Assembly (NCBI GenBank): GCA_028280285.1
Contig: JANQMA010000003.1
Coordinates: 8,868-72,867 of the forward strand
Direction of reading: 5' to 3'
Length of the DNA stretch: 64,000 nucleotides
DNA from: Candidatus Omnitrophota bacterium
GTDB taxonomy: Bacteria > Omnitrophota > Gorgyraeia > Zapsychrales > Zapsychraceae
Numbering within the stretch: the stretch's first letter is position 1; every line of letters begins with the position of its first letter. This document shows positions 38,059-48,525 of the stretch, one piece after another. The notes beneath the pieces are model-generated. The model saw only the letters and a program-made list of their open reading frames with translations. It did no database searches and was not told the DNA's origin. A program made the translations under genes and the position numbers.

Positions 38059-38985
38059 ATGCCGGCACTAACCTTTAAAAGTTCAAAACTACTGAGAGCT
38101 CAAGACAGCTTTACAAGCTTTGCTTTTGTTTTACCCGCCTTGGTTATCTTTTCTATTTTTTACGTCTATCCTTTTTTCGATATATTTAATCTTTCCTTGC
38201 ATGAGTGGAATGGTATCAGCTTTAAACGGACATTTGTCGGTTTTGATAACTTTAGTGAGCTCGGCGTGGATAAAATTTGGTGGAAATCTGTTTGGAATGC
38301 GATGTATATCACCATTATGGCGTTGACACTTCAAAATGCACTTGCCTTTGCTTTGGCTCTTGCTTGTGATCGCGAGATCCGAATGAAAAATTTTTACCGT
38401 GTGGTTTTCTTTCTGCCGCCGGTATTATCGGAAATTGTTGTCGGTTTGATCTGGCGTTGGATTCTCAATGCGGAAATGCAAGCAGGCGAGCATATCGGGC
38501 TTCTTAATCATTGGTTGGTGCAGTCAGGACTGCCTCATTTAGTGCACGAATGGTTAAGTGACCCAGAGACCGCACTTACATGTATTGCGGTTGTCCATTG
38601 TTGGAAAGGATTTGGTTGGGGTTTTATTATGCTTTTGGCTGGTTTACAGACGATTGATCGTCAGCTTTATGAAGCAGCCAAAGTCGACGGAGCCAACACA
38701 TTATCTACGTTCTGGCATGTAACATTGCCGATGATGGTCCCGGTTATCTTGGTGGTCGTGATTTTAACTGTGCTTGGATCGATGCAGGCATTTGTTTTGA
38801 TTTTATCAATGGTTGGGCAAGGACTTGTGTATCATACGGAAGTGCCGGTCACGCGTATTTTGGCATCGATGCAGGGTGTTAATCGTTTTGGTTATGCATG
38901 TGCCCAAGGTGTATGTTTTGCAGGGATTCTTATTTGTATTTCGATTTTCTTTAAAATGATTTCGGACCGGGCGAAACAGGTTTAA
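38059..38985 (+). CDS. carbohydrate ABC transporter permease (MalF/UgpA-like)
   Basis: Six TM helices. EAA-like loop AAKVDGANTLSTFWHVTLP. Confidence 0.8.
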   Translation: MPALTFKSSKLLRAQDSFTSFAFVLPALVIFSIFYVYPFFDIFNLSLHEWNGISFKRTFVGFDNFSELGVDKIWWKSVWNAMYITIMALTLQNALAFALALACDREIRMKNFYRVVFFLPPVLSEIVVGLIWRWILNAEMQAGEHIGLLNHWLVQSGLPHLVHEWLSDPETALTCIAVVHCWKGFGWGFIMLLAGLQTIDRQLYEAAKVDGANTLSTFWHVTLPMMVPVILVVVILTVLGSMQAFVLILSMVGQGLVYHTEVPVTRILASMQGVNRFGYACAQGVCFAGILICISIFFKMISDRAKQV

Positions 38986-38989
38986 AAAA

Positions 38990-39835
38990 ATGGAAAAAGA
39001 CAATTATCGCACAAGAAATTTTCTTAAATATTCTTTCATCCACATTGTTTTGGCCTCTGTGGCCATGACGTGTTTATTTCCTTTATTTTGGATGTTGCGT
39101 TCGTCTTTAATGACGCAAAGTACGATATATACCGATAAAAATCTTATTCCTTCAGAAATTATTTTTGAAAATTTTGCAACCGCCTGGGTGCAAGGTAATT
39201 TCGGCATTTATTTTATGAACAGTGTGATTTATACGGTCAGTGTTGTTGTGCTTATTGTTATTATTGCGTCACTTGCGGCCTTTGCTTTTTCCCGTCTTGA
39301 ATTTCCGGGAAAAAATATTATTTTTTATATGTTTGTGCTTGCGTTAATGATTCCGCTTCCGGGAAGTTTTGTTCCTTTGGTTGTTTTGATGAATAAGATC
39401 GGACTTGCGGATACGCGTATAGGATATATACTTTGTATGACGAACGTTGGTCTGTCTATGTCAATTCTTATGCTTAAGACATTTTTTGATAAAATGCCTT
39501 CTGATCTTGAGGATGCAGCCAGAATAGACGGATGTGGTAAACTGGGTATTTGGTGGAATGTTGCATTGCCTTTGGCTAGGCCGGCGATTGCGGTTATTGT
39601 TATTTTTAATTCACTTAATGTATGGAATGAATACATCCTCGCGCAACTTCTGCTAAGTAACAAATCTTTAATGCCTTTGCAAAGAGGATTGATGGTTTTT
39701 CAAGGCTCTAACATCAATAATGATCCGGTGCTCATGGCCGGCCTTACGATAGCTGTTATCCCAATCATCCTCATTTATCTGGCTATGCAAAAGCATATTA
39801 TTAAAGGCCTGGCTTCAGGTGCCGTGGTTGGATAA
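38990..39835 (+). CDS. carbohydrate ABC transporter permease (MalG/UgpE-like)
   Basis: EAA loop DAARIDGCGKLGIWWNVALPLARPA. Confidence 0.8.
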   Translation: MEKDNYRTRNFLKYSFIHIVLASVAMTCLFPLFWMLRSSLMTQSTIYTDKNLIPSEIIFENFATAWVQGNFGIYFMNSVIYTVSVVVLIVIIASLAAFAFSRLEFPGKNIIFYMFVLALMIPLPGSFVPLVVLMNKIGLADTRIGYILCMTNVGLSMSILMLKTFFDKMPSDLEDAARIDGCGKLGIWWNVALPLARPAIAVIVIFNSLNVWNEYILAQLLLSNKSLMPLQRGLMVFQGSNINNDPVLMAGLTIAVIPIILIYLAMQKHIIKGLASGAVVG

Positions 39836-39953
39836 ATTTATAAATGAGCGTTTAATTTACGTGACCGAAAGGAGAACGTAAATTAGATACGCGAATTAAT
39901 CCCGAGCCAATTTTGATTATTTTCAGTGGCGAGGGATCTGTTGTAATTTCCTA

Positions 39954-42257
39954 ATGAATATACGTTTTCTTAAAATTTGTTTTTTTCTATTCATCTTGTT
40001 ATGCGTATCGCATTACTCTAATGCCTCCGCACAAGATATTTCTTCTCAAGAGCTTGTCCGTCAAGCATGGGAGTATTCAAGCCAAAAAAATCTCGAACAG
40101 CTAAATGCGGTCGTTAAACAATGTGTTGATGTGTATGGCGAAGAGGCGCTTCAGTCACAAAAAGGTTTAACGAATTTCCCCGACAGGGCGAGCGCTAAAA
40201 ATTATCAAGCCCTTAATGATGTCGGGACGTGTTTATTTATTCAGGCCGAGGCGTATATGAATACAGGACAAACGGAGAAAGCCTTGGCGGCGTTTGATCA
40301 TATTATTAGGGAATATAAATGGGCGCAGGCCTGGGATCCGCGTGGGTGGTACTGGTCTATCGTCGAGAAAAGTCAGGCGAGTATTGATGTGATTACAGGC
40401 AATGTCGTGGAAGAAGATCAAGAGCCAAAAGTAACATTACGCACAAAACCACAGTTGTTCAAAAAACCCAAAGAGATAATAGTTGATTATTCCAAGTATG
40501 GTGATTTTACCAATGTAGGATCGGCTGATTATCGTTTCCAGATTAAAGATATGGAAGGTTTGAAAAAAGCCGTGGGCGAGGGGATTTATCCAAATACGTC
40601 GGCGACTTTCGATAACCCACGCTATAAAATAGTCAAAAATGAAGGGCGCCTCGAAGGCAGCCACTGGGATTTTGTGAGTACCGACGATCTTGAAGCTGCT
40701 TATTTTAAATGGTTCACAGCATCAGAACCATGGGGCGTACGTTTATTTTATATCGGAAATATTTTTGAGAAGGCAGGTATGTATAAAGATGCTCTGCGTG
40801 CGTATCATGCCTTAATCGTTCATTATCCGAAAACCGTTGCCTGGACGTATTGGCAAACACCTTGGTATCCGGCGCAGGTCGCTGTTTTTAAAATCCGTCA
40901 TATCATACGTTCTCATCCCGAACTTAATCTTGAAGATAAATGGATGAAAATTGTTATTAAAAATAGTTTTGATAATACGGCGGATAATGATGTTTTTATT
41001 ACATGGCCTGGTAAAATTTTTCAAAAGGGTGTTATTCAACGCGCTTCAGAAAAATTAAAATGGGCATCAGATGATCAAGAGACATTAACTAAAGTTATTA
41101 AGAAAATTGGCGAGGGGAAAGTAAGGCTTGTTCAATATGAAAATAAACATTGGCAATTACTCGTCGATGATAAGCCGTATATTATTAAAGGTATAACGTA
41201 TGAGCCGACAAAAATTGGTCAAAGTCCGGATAAAGGAACACTTGAAAACTGGATGGAAGAAGATTTAAACGAAAATGGCTTAATTGATGGTCCATATGAA
41301 GCGTGGATTGATGCAAACTATAATAACAAGCAAGATGAAGATGAGCCGACGGTTGGGGATTTCCAAATCATGAAAGAGATGGGGGTCAACACAATTCGTT
41401 TTTATCATAATTCGAATCCACCGAACAAAGAATTGTTACGAGACATGTATGCAAAGTACGGTATTCGTGTGATTTTAGGTGACTTTCTCGGGAAATATGC
41501 GCATGGATCCGGTGCAACGTGGGCAGAGGGAACCGATTATGAAAATCCTGAGCATCGCGCGAACATGATGAAAGCGGTTCAAAAAATGGTCATGGAAAAT
41601 AAAGATGAACCGTACATGTTAATGTGGTTACTTGGCAATGAAAACAATTATGGCGTTGCCTGTAATGCCGATACAAAACCAAAAGCCTATTTTGAGTTTG
41701 CGAATGAAGTGGCCAAGTGGATTAAATCAGTTGACCCTAATCACCCGGTTGCCTTGAGCAATGGGGACACACTGTTTTTAGATATTTTTGCTGAAGTGGC
41801 TCCGGATATTGATATTTTTTCCGCCAATGTGTATCGCGGTAATTTTGGGTTTGGTTCTTACTGGCAGCAAGTGGCTAATACCGTTGGCAGGCCGGCCTTT
41901 GTTACAGAATACGGATGCCCGGCTTATGCGCCGCATCTAACGCTTAAAGAAGCCGAAGAGGCCCAGGCAGAGTACCATGCGGGCAATTGGTTGGATATTG
42001 AAGAAAATATGGCTGGAAATTCCCGTGGTGAAGGAAATGCTTTAGGGGGCGTTATTTTTGAATGGCTGGATGAATGGTGGAAAAATTATGAGCCCTATAG
42101 GCACGATAAAAAGTCTGATGCGATTGGCCCATTTCCGGGGGGTTATTACTTTGAAGAATGGTTTGGGATTATAAGTCAGGGCGACGGCTCCAACAGCCCC
42201 TATATGCGCCAGCTGAGGAAAGCCTACTTTACCTATCAGGATTTTTGGACGAAATAA
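39954..42257 (+). CDS. secreted clan GH-A TIM-barrel glycoside hydrolase (GH2/GH5-like) with N-terminal novel repeat domain
   Basis: Signal peptide. MLMWLLGNENNYG (acid/base NE) and FVTEYGCPAYA (nucleophile TEYG), resembling GH2 glucuronidase motifs. N-terminal copy of the WALNDVGT..AQAWDP.GW.W domain. Confidence 0.55.
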   Translation: MNIRFLKICFFLFILLCVSHYSNASAQDISSQELVRQAWEYSSQKNLEQLNAVVKQCVDVYGEEALQSQKGLTNFPDRASAKNYQALNDVGTCLFIQAEAYMNTGQTEKALAAFDHIIREYKWAQAWDPRGWYWSIVEKSQASIDVITGNVVEEDQEPKVTLRTKPQLFKKPKEIIVDYSKYGDFTNVGSADYRFQIKDMEGLKKAVGEGIYPNTSATFDNPRYKIVKNEGRLEGSHWDFVSTDDLEAAYFKWFTASEPWGVRLFYIGNIFEKAGMYKDALRAYHALIVHYPKTVAWTYWQTPWYPAQVAVFKIRHIIRSHPELNLEDKWMKIVIKNSFDNTADNDVFITWPGKIFQKGVIQRASEKLKWASDDQETLTKVIKKIGEGKVRLVQYENKHWQLLVDDKPYIIKGITYEPTKIGQSPDKGTLENWMEEDLNENGLIDGPYEAWIDANYNNKQDEDEPTVGDFQIMKEMGVNTIRFYHNSNPPNKELLRDMYAKYGIRVILGDFLGKYAHGSGATWAEGTDYENPEHRANMMKAVQKMVMENKDEPYMLMWLLGNENNYGVACNADTKPKAYFEFANEVAKWIKSVDPNHPVALSNGDTLFLDIFAEVAPDIDIFSANVYRGNFGFGSYWQQVANTVGRPAFVTEYGCPAYAPHLTLKEAEEAQAEYHAGNWLDIEENMAGNSRGEGNALGGVIFEWLDEWWKNYEPYRHDKKSDAIGPFPGGYYFEEWFGIISQGDGSNSPYMRQLRKAYFTYQDFWTK

Positions 42258-42362
42258 CCAGCCTTTAGGCCGGCTTTGGCCCAGATGACAAAAATTTGGC
42301 GCTTTGCTAAAAATATTGTATACTTTTATAACTATATTATAAACGCAAATGGAGGTGTAGTA

Positions 42363-43211
42363 ATGAAGAAGTTGTTATTTGTAATCGGTTTAGTAGCTTG
42401 CCTTGGGCTAAGCACAAATGTATATGCCTATAATTTTGGGGATTTTAGGTCTGAAACATTGACCGCCAAAGCTTGGGGGGCATTGGCAAGCGGCGATATC
42501 GAAGCCGTTTTAGCCTATACAAACAAAAATTTAGAACTTTATGGCGACCAAGCCAAAGATATGCAAAAATTATTGCAGGCATATCCGGAAGGGTCCAATG
42601 ATGATATTTTTGCTTATTGGGCATTGAATGATGTGGCAACAAGCCTTTTTATTCAAGGTGAAGCCTATCGCAAGGCCGATATGAAAGAAGAGGCTGAAGA
42701 AGCCTATAAAACACTGTTAGATGACTACACTTATGGTCAAGCCTGGGATGTTAAGGGATGGTTTTGGAAGCCTGCTGAAGCGGCCCGCGAAAAGCTTGCG
42801 CTTCTTGAGTCTGGCAAAAGTGTTGATTTTGGTGATTACACATCTGCATTTCTGGCAACACAAGCTTGGAAAGCACTTAAGGCAGAAGATACAGAGTCCG
42901 TGGTCACTTATGCCGATAAAGTGTTAGAGCTATATCAATCACAAGCCGTTGAAATGCAAGACTCATTGACAGAGTATCCTTGGGAATCAAACGAAAAGAT
43001 TTTTAGTTATTGGGCTCTTAATGATGTTGGAACAGTTTTGTATATCAAAGGTGAGGCTCTTAAAAAGGCTGGCCAAACAGAAGAGGCCGTAGAAATTTAT
43101 AAAGATTTAGTTGATAATTATTATTATGCGCAATGTTGGGATCCGAACGGATGGTTTTGGAAGCCGGCGGAAGTTGCTCAGCAAGCGTTAAGTGACCTAG
43201 AAGATTTATAA
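42363..43211 (+). CDS. secreted protein made of two tandem copies of a ~110-aa repeat (unrecognised, TPR-like helical domain)
   Basis: Start at MKKLLFVIGLVACLG (SD ggaggtg). Two copies of AW.AL..D.E.V..Y..K.LELY..QA...Q..L..YP..SN..IF.YWALNDV.T.L.IQGEA..KA....EA.E.YK.L.D.Y.Y.Q.WD..GWFWKPAE.A. Confidence 0.5.
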   Translation: MKKLLFVIGLVACLGLSTNVYAYNFGDFRSETLTAKAWGALASGDIEAVLAYTNKNLELYGDQAKDMQKLLQAYPEGSNDDIFAYWALNDVATSLFIQGEAYRKADMKEEAEEAYKTLLDDYTYGQAWDVKGWFWKPAEAAREKLALLESGKSVDFGDYTSAFLATQAWKALKAEDTESVVTYADKVLELYQSQAVEMQDSLTEYPWESNEKIFSYWALNDVGTVLYIKGEALKKAGQTEEAVEIYKDLVDNYYYAQCWDPNGWFWKPAEVAQQALSDLEDL

Positions 43212-43300
43212 TATATGGTCTAGATTTATTGCCCTGGTGTTGTATAATACTGCGCCAGGGCAAATTTTTTATTCCGCTCAATTAGTTAGAAAGGTTTATC

Positions 43301-43954
43301 ATGCAATTTTGGGGTGTTGTAATTCTATCGTGCCTCTTTGTTTTTACGGGTTGCGCTAAAGAAGATTCTCAAGAAAATAAAAAGGGTGCAACCGAAACAA
43401 AAGAGATGGCTGATAATAAAGTTGCAAGCAAGTTTAAGCCTTTCTACATCTATCAAAACAAAGGCTCCCGCGCAAATCATTATATACCATCAGGTTTTAT
43501 GCCAAATGGAAAGTGTTTGGCATTTAATGATGCATGGGTTGATAACTGCCATTCGGGTTCGTCATGTATTCAAATCGATTATGATGTTAAGTGTTCCCGT
43601 GCCGATCAAAAGTGGGCGGGCATTTATTGGCTTAATCCTGCTAACAACTGGGGAACACGCAAAGGCGGGTATAATCTTACCGGGGCATCTTATTTAACCT
43701 TCTGGGCTCGCGGAGATCAAGGGGGCGAATACATCCAGGAAGTCACTGTCGGGGGTGTAGAAGGTAAGTACCCTGATTCCGACAAGGTCATCTTCGGTCC
43801 GATCATTCTTTCCAAGGAATGGAAGCATTACAAAATCGATTTACGCGGTAAAGACTTATCTTATATTAGCGGTGGTTTTTCATGGGCAACAGATGAAGAA
43901 TCCGTTAATGCCGATGATTGTGTCTTTTATTTAGACGAAATAAGGTTTGAATAA
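43301..43954 (+). CDS. lipoprotein with putative carbohydrate-binding (CBM-like beta-sandwich) domain
   Basis: Lipobox VFTGC. Aromatic/Gly-rich beta-type sequence (WAGIYWLNPANNWG, GGFSWATDEE). Located in the glycan locus. Confidence 0.4.
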   Translation: MQFWGVVILSCLFVFTGCAKEDSQENKKGATETKEMADNKVASKFKPFYIYQNKGSRANHYIPSGFMPNGKCLAFNDAWVDNCHSGSSCIQIDYDVKCSRADQKWAGIYWLNPANNWGTRKGGYNLTGASYLTFWARGDQGGEYIQEVTVGGVEGKYPDSDKVIFGPIILSKEWKHYKIDLRGKDLSYISGGFSWATDEESVNADDCVFYLDEIRFE

Positions 43955-44096
43955 TATCACAATTCCTACCCCACTCACTCCTAAACACTTATTATATTAA
44001 ATAGTTATATTAAATATAAGAAAAAATAACGGAATATACTTGTATTAAAAAAAATACTTTGTTATATTCATTGTGACATTCACCATAGGAGAGTCT

Positions 44097-45437
44097 ATGT
44101 CCAAAGCGGCAAAACAAAGCCTAATTATACTTATCTTTCTGCTATTAGTAGCTTTAGGATTCGCGGGCTATATTGTCTTTGAAAAAAATAAACTTGAGAA
44201 GGAAGTTACCTATCTCAACACTGAACTTGACAAGGCTGATAAGCGTGAGAAAGAAAAGGCCAGAAAGATCGGCAGCCTCAATAAAGAAATTCAAGGGCTT
44301 AATGACGTCAAGACTGATCTTGAAGGAAAATTACAAGTAGCCAGCAACAAAGCTGCCGAACTTGCCCGGGAAGTTGAAGGTCTAAACCAACAAATTACCT
44401 CTGTAACCGACGAGCGCGATAAGCTTAACCGGCGCGTCGGTATTCTGAGCCAAGAGACCGAAAAGCTGAACAGAGAGGTGGTTGAGCTTAAAAACCGCGA
44501 ACCGGAGGTCAAAATTGTCTATCGTGACCGCGAAGTTCCTGCCGCGGGCGATGCAAAAAAAGGCACACAACAATCAGAACCAAGATCGGCTAAAAGTACA
44601 GTAGAGGCGAAAGCTATCCCAAAAGTTTCTGCTGATGATGAAGGTTACTGGGCCGGTGTCCTTAAACAAAAAGCCGAACTACAAGTTCAAATAGAAGATC
44701 TTAAATCCCAACTCTCTACATATTCTTTACAAGTTGTTGAACTTAAGCAATCCAATGCGGATTTGCAGCTTGAATTGGATGGGCTTAAACATAACAAAGA
44801 AGAGGTTGAACGGGAAATTAAGTATAAGACAGATTTAATTAACAACCTTTCTCTGGAGCTGGCACGTTCAAAAAATGATAAAAAGTTTGTTGTTGACCGT
44901 GTTGATAAACTCAATGAAGAAAATAAAATGTTACGCTCAGAACTTAAAAAATTAGTTTCTGTCAAAAGTTCACTTGAAAAATCGATCGTTCGTCTGACAG
45001 AAGATAAAAAGAAAATGGCAAAGCAGCTTGAACACACGGATGGCATGATTCAAAGCAAGATTGATGAGATTTGGGATATTAAAGAAAGTCTCGACGAGAA
45101 TTTTGCGGCTTCCAGGGGCATGAATCAGAAAACAGAAATTGAATTGCCGCCAATTGTAGTAAACTCAAGCAGCACGAATGAGCCGGCGATTAATTTTAAC
45201 TATGATCAAACCACGCCTGGATTTGACGGGCGTGTTGTCAGTATCAATGAAGATAATAATTTTATTATCGTTGATGTGGGAGAGTCGGCCGGTGTTCGGC
45301 TAGGTGATACACTAAGTGTTTATCGTGATGCCAAATATATTGCACGGCTTGAGGTCATTCAAGTACGTAAAGATATTGCTGCCGCTGATATCAAAGATCA
45401 ATGGGCGCGCATTAAAGTAGGAGACGTGATCCGTTAG
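44097..45437 (+). CDS. membrane-anchored coiled-coil protein with C-terminal small beta domain
   Basis: N-terminal TM helix LIILIFLLLVALGFAGYIVF, about 300 aa of coiled coil, C-terminal GRVVSINEDNNFIIVDVGESAGVRLGDTLSVYRD. Confidence 0.45.
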   Translation: MSKAAKQSLIILIFLLLVALGFAGYIVFEKNKLEKEVTYLNTELDKADKREKEKARKIGSLNKEIQGLNDVKTDLEGKLQVASNKAAELAREVEGLNQQITSVTDERDKLNRRVGILSQETEKLNREVVELKNREPEVKIVYRDREVPAAGDAKKGTQQSEPRSAKSTVEAKAIPKVSADDEGYWAGVLKQKAELQVQIEDLKSQLSTYSLQVVELKQSNADLQLELDGLKHNKEEVEREIKYKTDLINNLSLELARSKNDKKFVVDRVDKLNEENKMLRSELKKLVSVKSSLEKSIVRLTEDKKKMAKQLEHTDGMIQSKIDEIWDIKESLDENFAASRGMNQKTEIELPPIVVNSSSTNEPAINFNYDQTTPGFDGRVVSINEDNNFIIVDVGESAGVRLGDTLSVYRDAKYIARLEVIQVRKDIAAADIKDQWARIKVGDVIR

Positions 45438-45438
45438 T

Positions 45439-46446
45439 ATGAGTGATCAAAAAAAAGTCAGCATTGAAGATGTCGCCCGTCGAGCCAAGGTTTCTATCAC
45501 GACGGTATCCCGTGTTATCAATAATGTAAGTACTGTTTCAAAGAAGAATCGCATCAAGGTCGAAGAAGCGATTGCCCACCTTAAGTATAAACCAAATGTT
45601 AATGCGCAGAATTTAGCGCGCGGAACAAACAACGCGATCGGGTTGGTTATTCCAGGCTACCCGGGCATATTTCATTCTTTTTATGCGATTGAACTTATCC
45701 GTGGTGTCGGGCATGCGTGCGAAGCGAACAAACTCGATTTGGTTTTTCATATTACCAATGGATTTAATCCGATTAATACCAATAGTGTCGGCGGGATAGT
45801 ATTTGCTGATATTATTGAGAACCGTAAGCAAGTTGAGCAAGCCGTTGCCCAGGGGACTCCGTGTGCGATTATCAACAATCATGTTGACGATTTGGATGTA
45901 AGTTATATTGCCATTAATAATAAATTTGGAGGAGAGCAGGCGGCCGACTATTTGGCAAGTCTTGGTCATACACGTATTGCGACAATTACCGGTCAGCTTG
46001 GGACACAGGCAGGCGCCGATCGCCTCGAAGGATTTAAACAATGTTTAGCGAAGAAAAAGACAGCTTTGCCGGATGAGTATATTGTGCAGGGTGATTATTC
46101 CAGACGCAGTGCCCGTGAAGGAGCGGAGAAATTGCTGGCACTTAAAGATAAACCGACAGCCGTTTTTGTCGCCAGTGATGATATGGCCCTTGAGGTCATG
46201 GCGACATTTATGGAAAAAGGACTCAAAGTCCCGGAAGATATTTCTATTATTGGTTTTGATGATAATCCGGCCTGTCTTTATGCGCCGGTGTCTTTGACAA
46301 CAATCAAGCAACCTCTGTTTGAAATTGCCGAAGAAGCGGTTAAAACTCTCATTGATATGATTTCGGAAAAACGCCCTGATCATCTTCAAAAGACGGTTAA
46401 GCCGGAACTGGTTGTCCGCGAATCCTGCGCTGCCCCTAAAAAATAG
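45439..46446 (+). CDS. LacI-family transcriptional regulator
   Basis: VSIEDVARRAKVSITTVSRVINN HTH plus a periplasmic-binding-protein-like sugar-binding domain. Confidence 0.85.
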   Translation: MSDQKKVSIEDVARRAKVSITTVSRVINNVSTVSKKNRIKVEEAIAHLKYKPNVNAQNLARGTNNAIGLVIPGYPGIFHSFYAIELIRGVGHACEANKLDLVFHITNGFNPINTNSVGGIVFADIIENRKQVEQAVAQGTPCAIINNHVDDLDVSYIAINNKFGGEQAADYLASLGHTRIATITGQLGTQAGADRLEGFKQCLAKKKTALPDEYIVQGDYSRRSAREGAEKLLALKDKPTAVFVASDDMALEVMATFMEKGLKVPEDISIIGFDDNPACLYAPVSLTTIKQPLFEIAEEAVKTLIDMISEKRPDHLQKTVKPELVVRESCAAPKK

Positions 46447-46533
46447 CCCTTCTGTCAACTCTTGACAAACAATCTGATTCGGGGTACATTTTATCAACAT
46501 ATTTCATGGATTATGAACTAAAAGATAAAATCA

Positions 46534-46644
46534 AGCGTATAGCGAACAGCGTATAGCGGTTAGATAGTAATTAGTTCTAATCGCTAATCGCTAATCGCTA
46601 AACGCTAAACGCTAATCGCTAATCGCTAAACGCTATTCGCTATT
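46534..46644. repeat. degenerate inverted/tandem repeat, agcgtatagcg family, abutting the mnmG start codon
   Basis: agcgtatagcgaacagcgtatagcgg..aatcgctaatcgctaatcgctaaacgctaaacgctaatcgctaatcgctaaacgctattcgctatt. Other copies at 920-1000, 50861-50953, 55501-55572. Confidence 0.8.
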
Positions 46645-48522
46645 ATGAATAAACATTACGACTGTATAGTTATAGGCGCAGGCCACGCAGGCATCGAGGC
46701 CGCCCTGGCGCCTGCCAGAATGGGTTGCAGGACTCTTATGGTGACGCTTTTTTTTAACACCATAGGCCAGATGAGCTGTAATCCGGCGATTGGTGGTGTC
46801 GGGAAGGGCCAGCTTGTTAAGGAAATCGATGCGCTTGGCGGGCAGATGGGCCTGGCCGCTGATGCGACCGGTATTCAGTTTAGGCAGCTTAATACCTCCA
46901 AGGGACAGGCTGTGCGCTCATCCCGCTGCCAATCCGACCGCAAACTCTATAAACTCTATATGCAGGATATCGTGCGCAATCAGGAAAACTTGGATGTGTT
47001 GGAGGATAAGGTTTCTGAATTGATTGTTGAGGGTGATGAGGTTCGCGGCATTAAGACAGAAAACGGTTTAGAAGTTAAAGCGCAAACAGTCATTATAACG
47101 ACAGGCACATTTCTTAAAGGACGCATGCATGTCGGGCGTGACATCACTCAAGGTGGACGCATCAATGAACCGAATTCCGTAACACTGGCAGACAGTATTC
47201 ATGCGCTTGGTTTTCCCGTCATGATGTTTAAAACCGGAACGCCGCCGCGACTAGACGGCAAAACAATCGATTTTGCCAAACTCGAACCGCAACATTCCGA
47301 TGATATTCCCGTTCCGTTTTCATTCCGTACGCTACGCATTCCCGAAGATCAAAAACTTTTGCCGTGCCACATAACCTATACCACGGAACAGACGCATCAA
47401 ATTATTGTGGATAATATGGATCAGTCGCCTATGTATTCCGGGCAGATCGATGCCACCGGTGTGCGTTACTGTCCATCGATTGAAGATAAGTTGAAGAAAT
47501 TTTCCGGCAAAAACCGTCATCATGTCTTTCTTGAACCGGAAGGGCTTGATACAGATGAATATTATCCGAATGGTATTTCAACCGGTTTGCCTCGTGAAGT
47601 GCAAGAGAAATTTGTGCGCAGTATTCCTGGTTTAGAGAACGTCAAGATCACACAATATGGGTACGCGATTGAACACGGCGTTATTCCGGCGACGGAGCTT
47701 TTTCCGACGATGGAGACAAGAAAGGTAAAAGGATTATATTTTGCCGGACAAGTGAACGGAACAACCGGTTATGAGGAGGCTGGCGCGCAGGGCCTGATGG
47801 CCGGTATCAATGCGGCGCTTAAAGTCAAAGGCGAAGAACCTTTTATCCTAAGACGTGATGAGGCTTACATCGGTGTGCTCCTCGATGATTTAACGACGAA
47901 ACAAACAGAAGAACCTTATCGTATGTTCACCTCACGTGTTGAGTACCGCTTGATTGTAAGAGAAGACAATGCCGATAAGAGGCTCGCGCAGTATGGGTAT
48001 AAGTTTGGACTTTTAAGCGAAGAAGAGTATAAAAAGATCATTGATAAATACACGGCGATTGAAGAAGAAATTAAACATTTAAAAAACACACGTATTGCGC
48101 CGGGCACAGACATGGACCGTATTTTAGAAGAGAACGATACCGCGCCGCTTTCGCAAGCAACAACATTAAGTGATATCCTAAAACGCCCGCAGATTAATTA
48201 TGCTATGATTGCCGCCTTTGATGGAACGCTGTGTAATCATCCGCAAGGTGTGATCGATCAGGTCGAATATGAAATCAAATATGAAGGATTTATTAAGCGT
48301 CAGCTTAAAGACGTTGATAAATTCAAGCATATTGAAAAGATCAAGATCCCTCACGATCTTGATTATGATGATATTCAAGGCCTTTCCTTTGAAGTACGCG
48401 AGAAGCTCAAACGCTTCAAACCCCTTAATCTCGGCCAGGCCAACCGCATCTCCGGCATCACCCCGTCTGCCATCACCGTCATGATGGTCTATCTTCAGAA
48501 AATGTATGCTCTGCGCCCGTAA
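46645..48522 (+). CDS. mnmG: tRNA uridine-5-carboxymethylaminomethyl synthesis enzyme MnmG (GidA)
   Basis: YDCIVIGAGHAGIEAALA FAD motif. 625 aa. Confidence 0.9.
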   Translation: MNKHYDCIVIGAGHAGIEAALAPARMGCRTLMVTLFFNTIGQMSCNPAIGGVGKGQLVKEIDALGGQMGLAADATGIQFRQLNTSKGQAVRSSRCQSDRKLYKLYMQDIVRNQENLDVLEDKVSELIVEGDEVRGIKTENGLEVKAQTVIITTGTFLKGRMHVGRDITQGGRINEPNSVTLADSIHALGFPVMMFKTGTPPRLDGKTIDFAKLEPQHSDDIPVPFSFRTLRIPEDQKLLPCHITYTTEQTHQIIVDNMDQSPMYSGQIDATGVRYCPSIEDKLKKFSGKNRHHVFLEPEGLDTDEYYPNGISTGLPREVQEKFVRSIPGLENVKITQYGYAIEHGVIPATELFPTMETRKVKGLYFAGQVNGTTGYEEAGAQGLMAGINAALKVKGEEPFILRRDEAYIGVLLDDLTTKQTEEPYRMFTSRVEYRLIVREDNADKRLAQYGYKFGLLSEEEYKKIIDKYTAIEEEIKHLKNTRIAPGTDMDRILEENDTAPLSQATTLSDILKRPQINYAMIAAFDGTLCNHPQGVIDQVEYEIKYEGFIKRQLKDVDKFKHIEKIKIPHDLDYDDIQGLSFEVREKLKRFKPLNLGQANRISGITPSAITVMMVYLQKMYALRP

Positions 48523-48525
48523 ATA

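Noticed and set aside
45613-46500. Two minus-strand ORFs (142 and 151 aa) in the track
   Set aside because: They are fully antisense to the well-supported LacI-family gene (HTH plus PBP domain) and have no motifs.
46560-46644. Tandem aatcgctaaacgct units that superficially resemble a CRISPR array
   Set aside because: The units are 7-14 nt with no unique spacers, they are part of an inverted-repeat family, and there are no cas genes.
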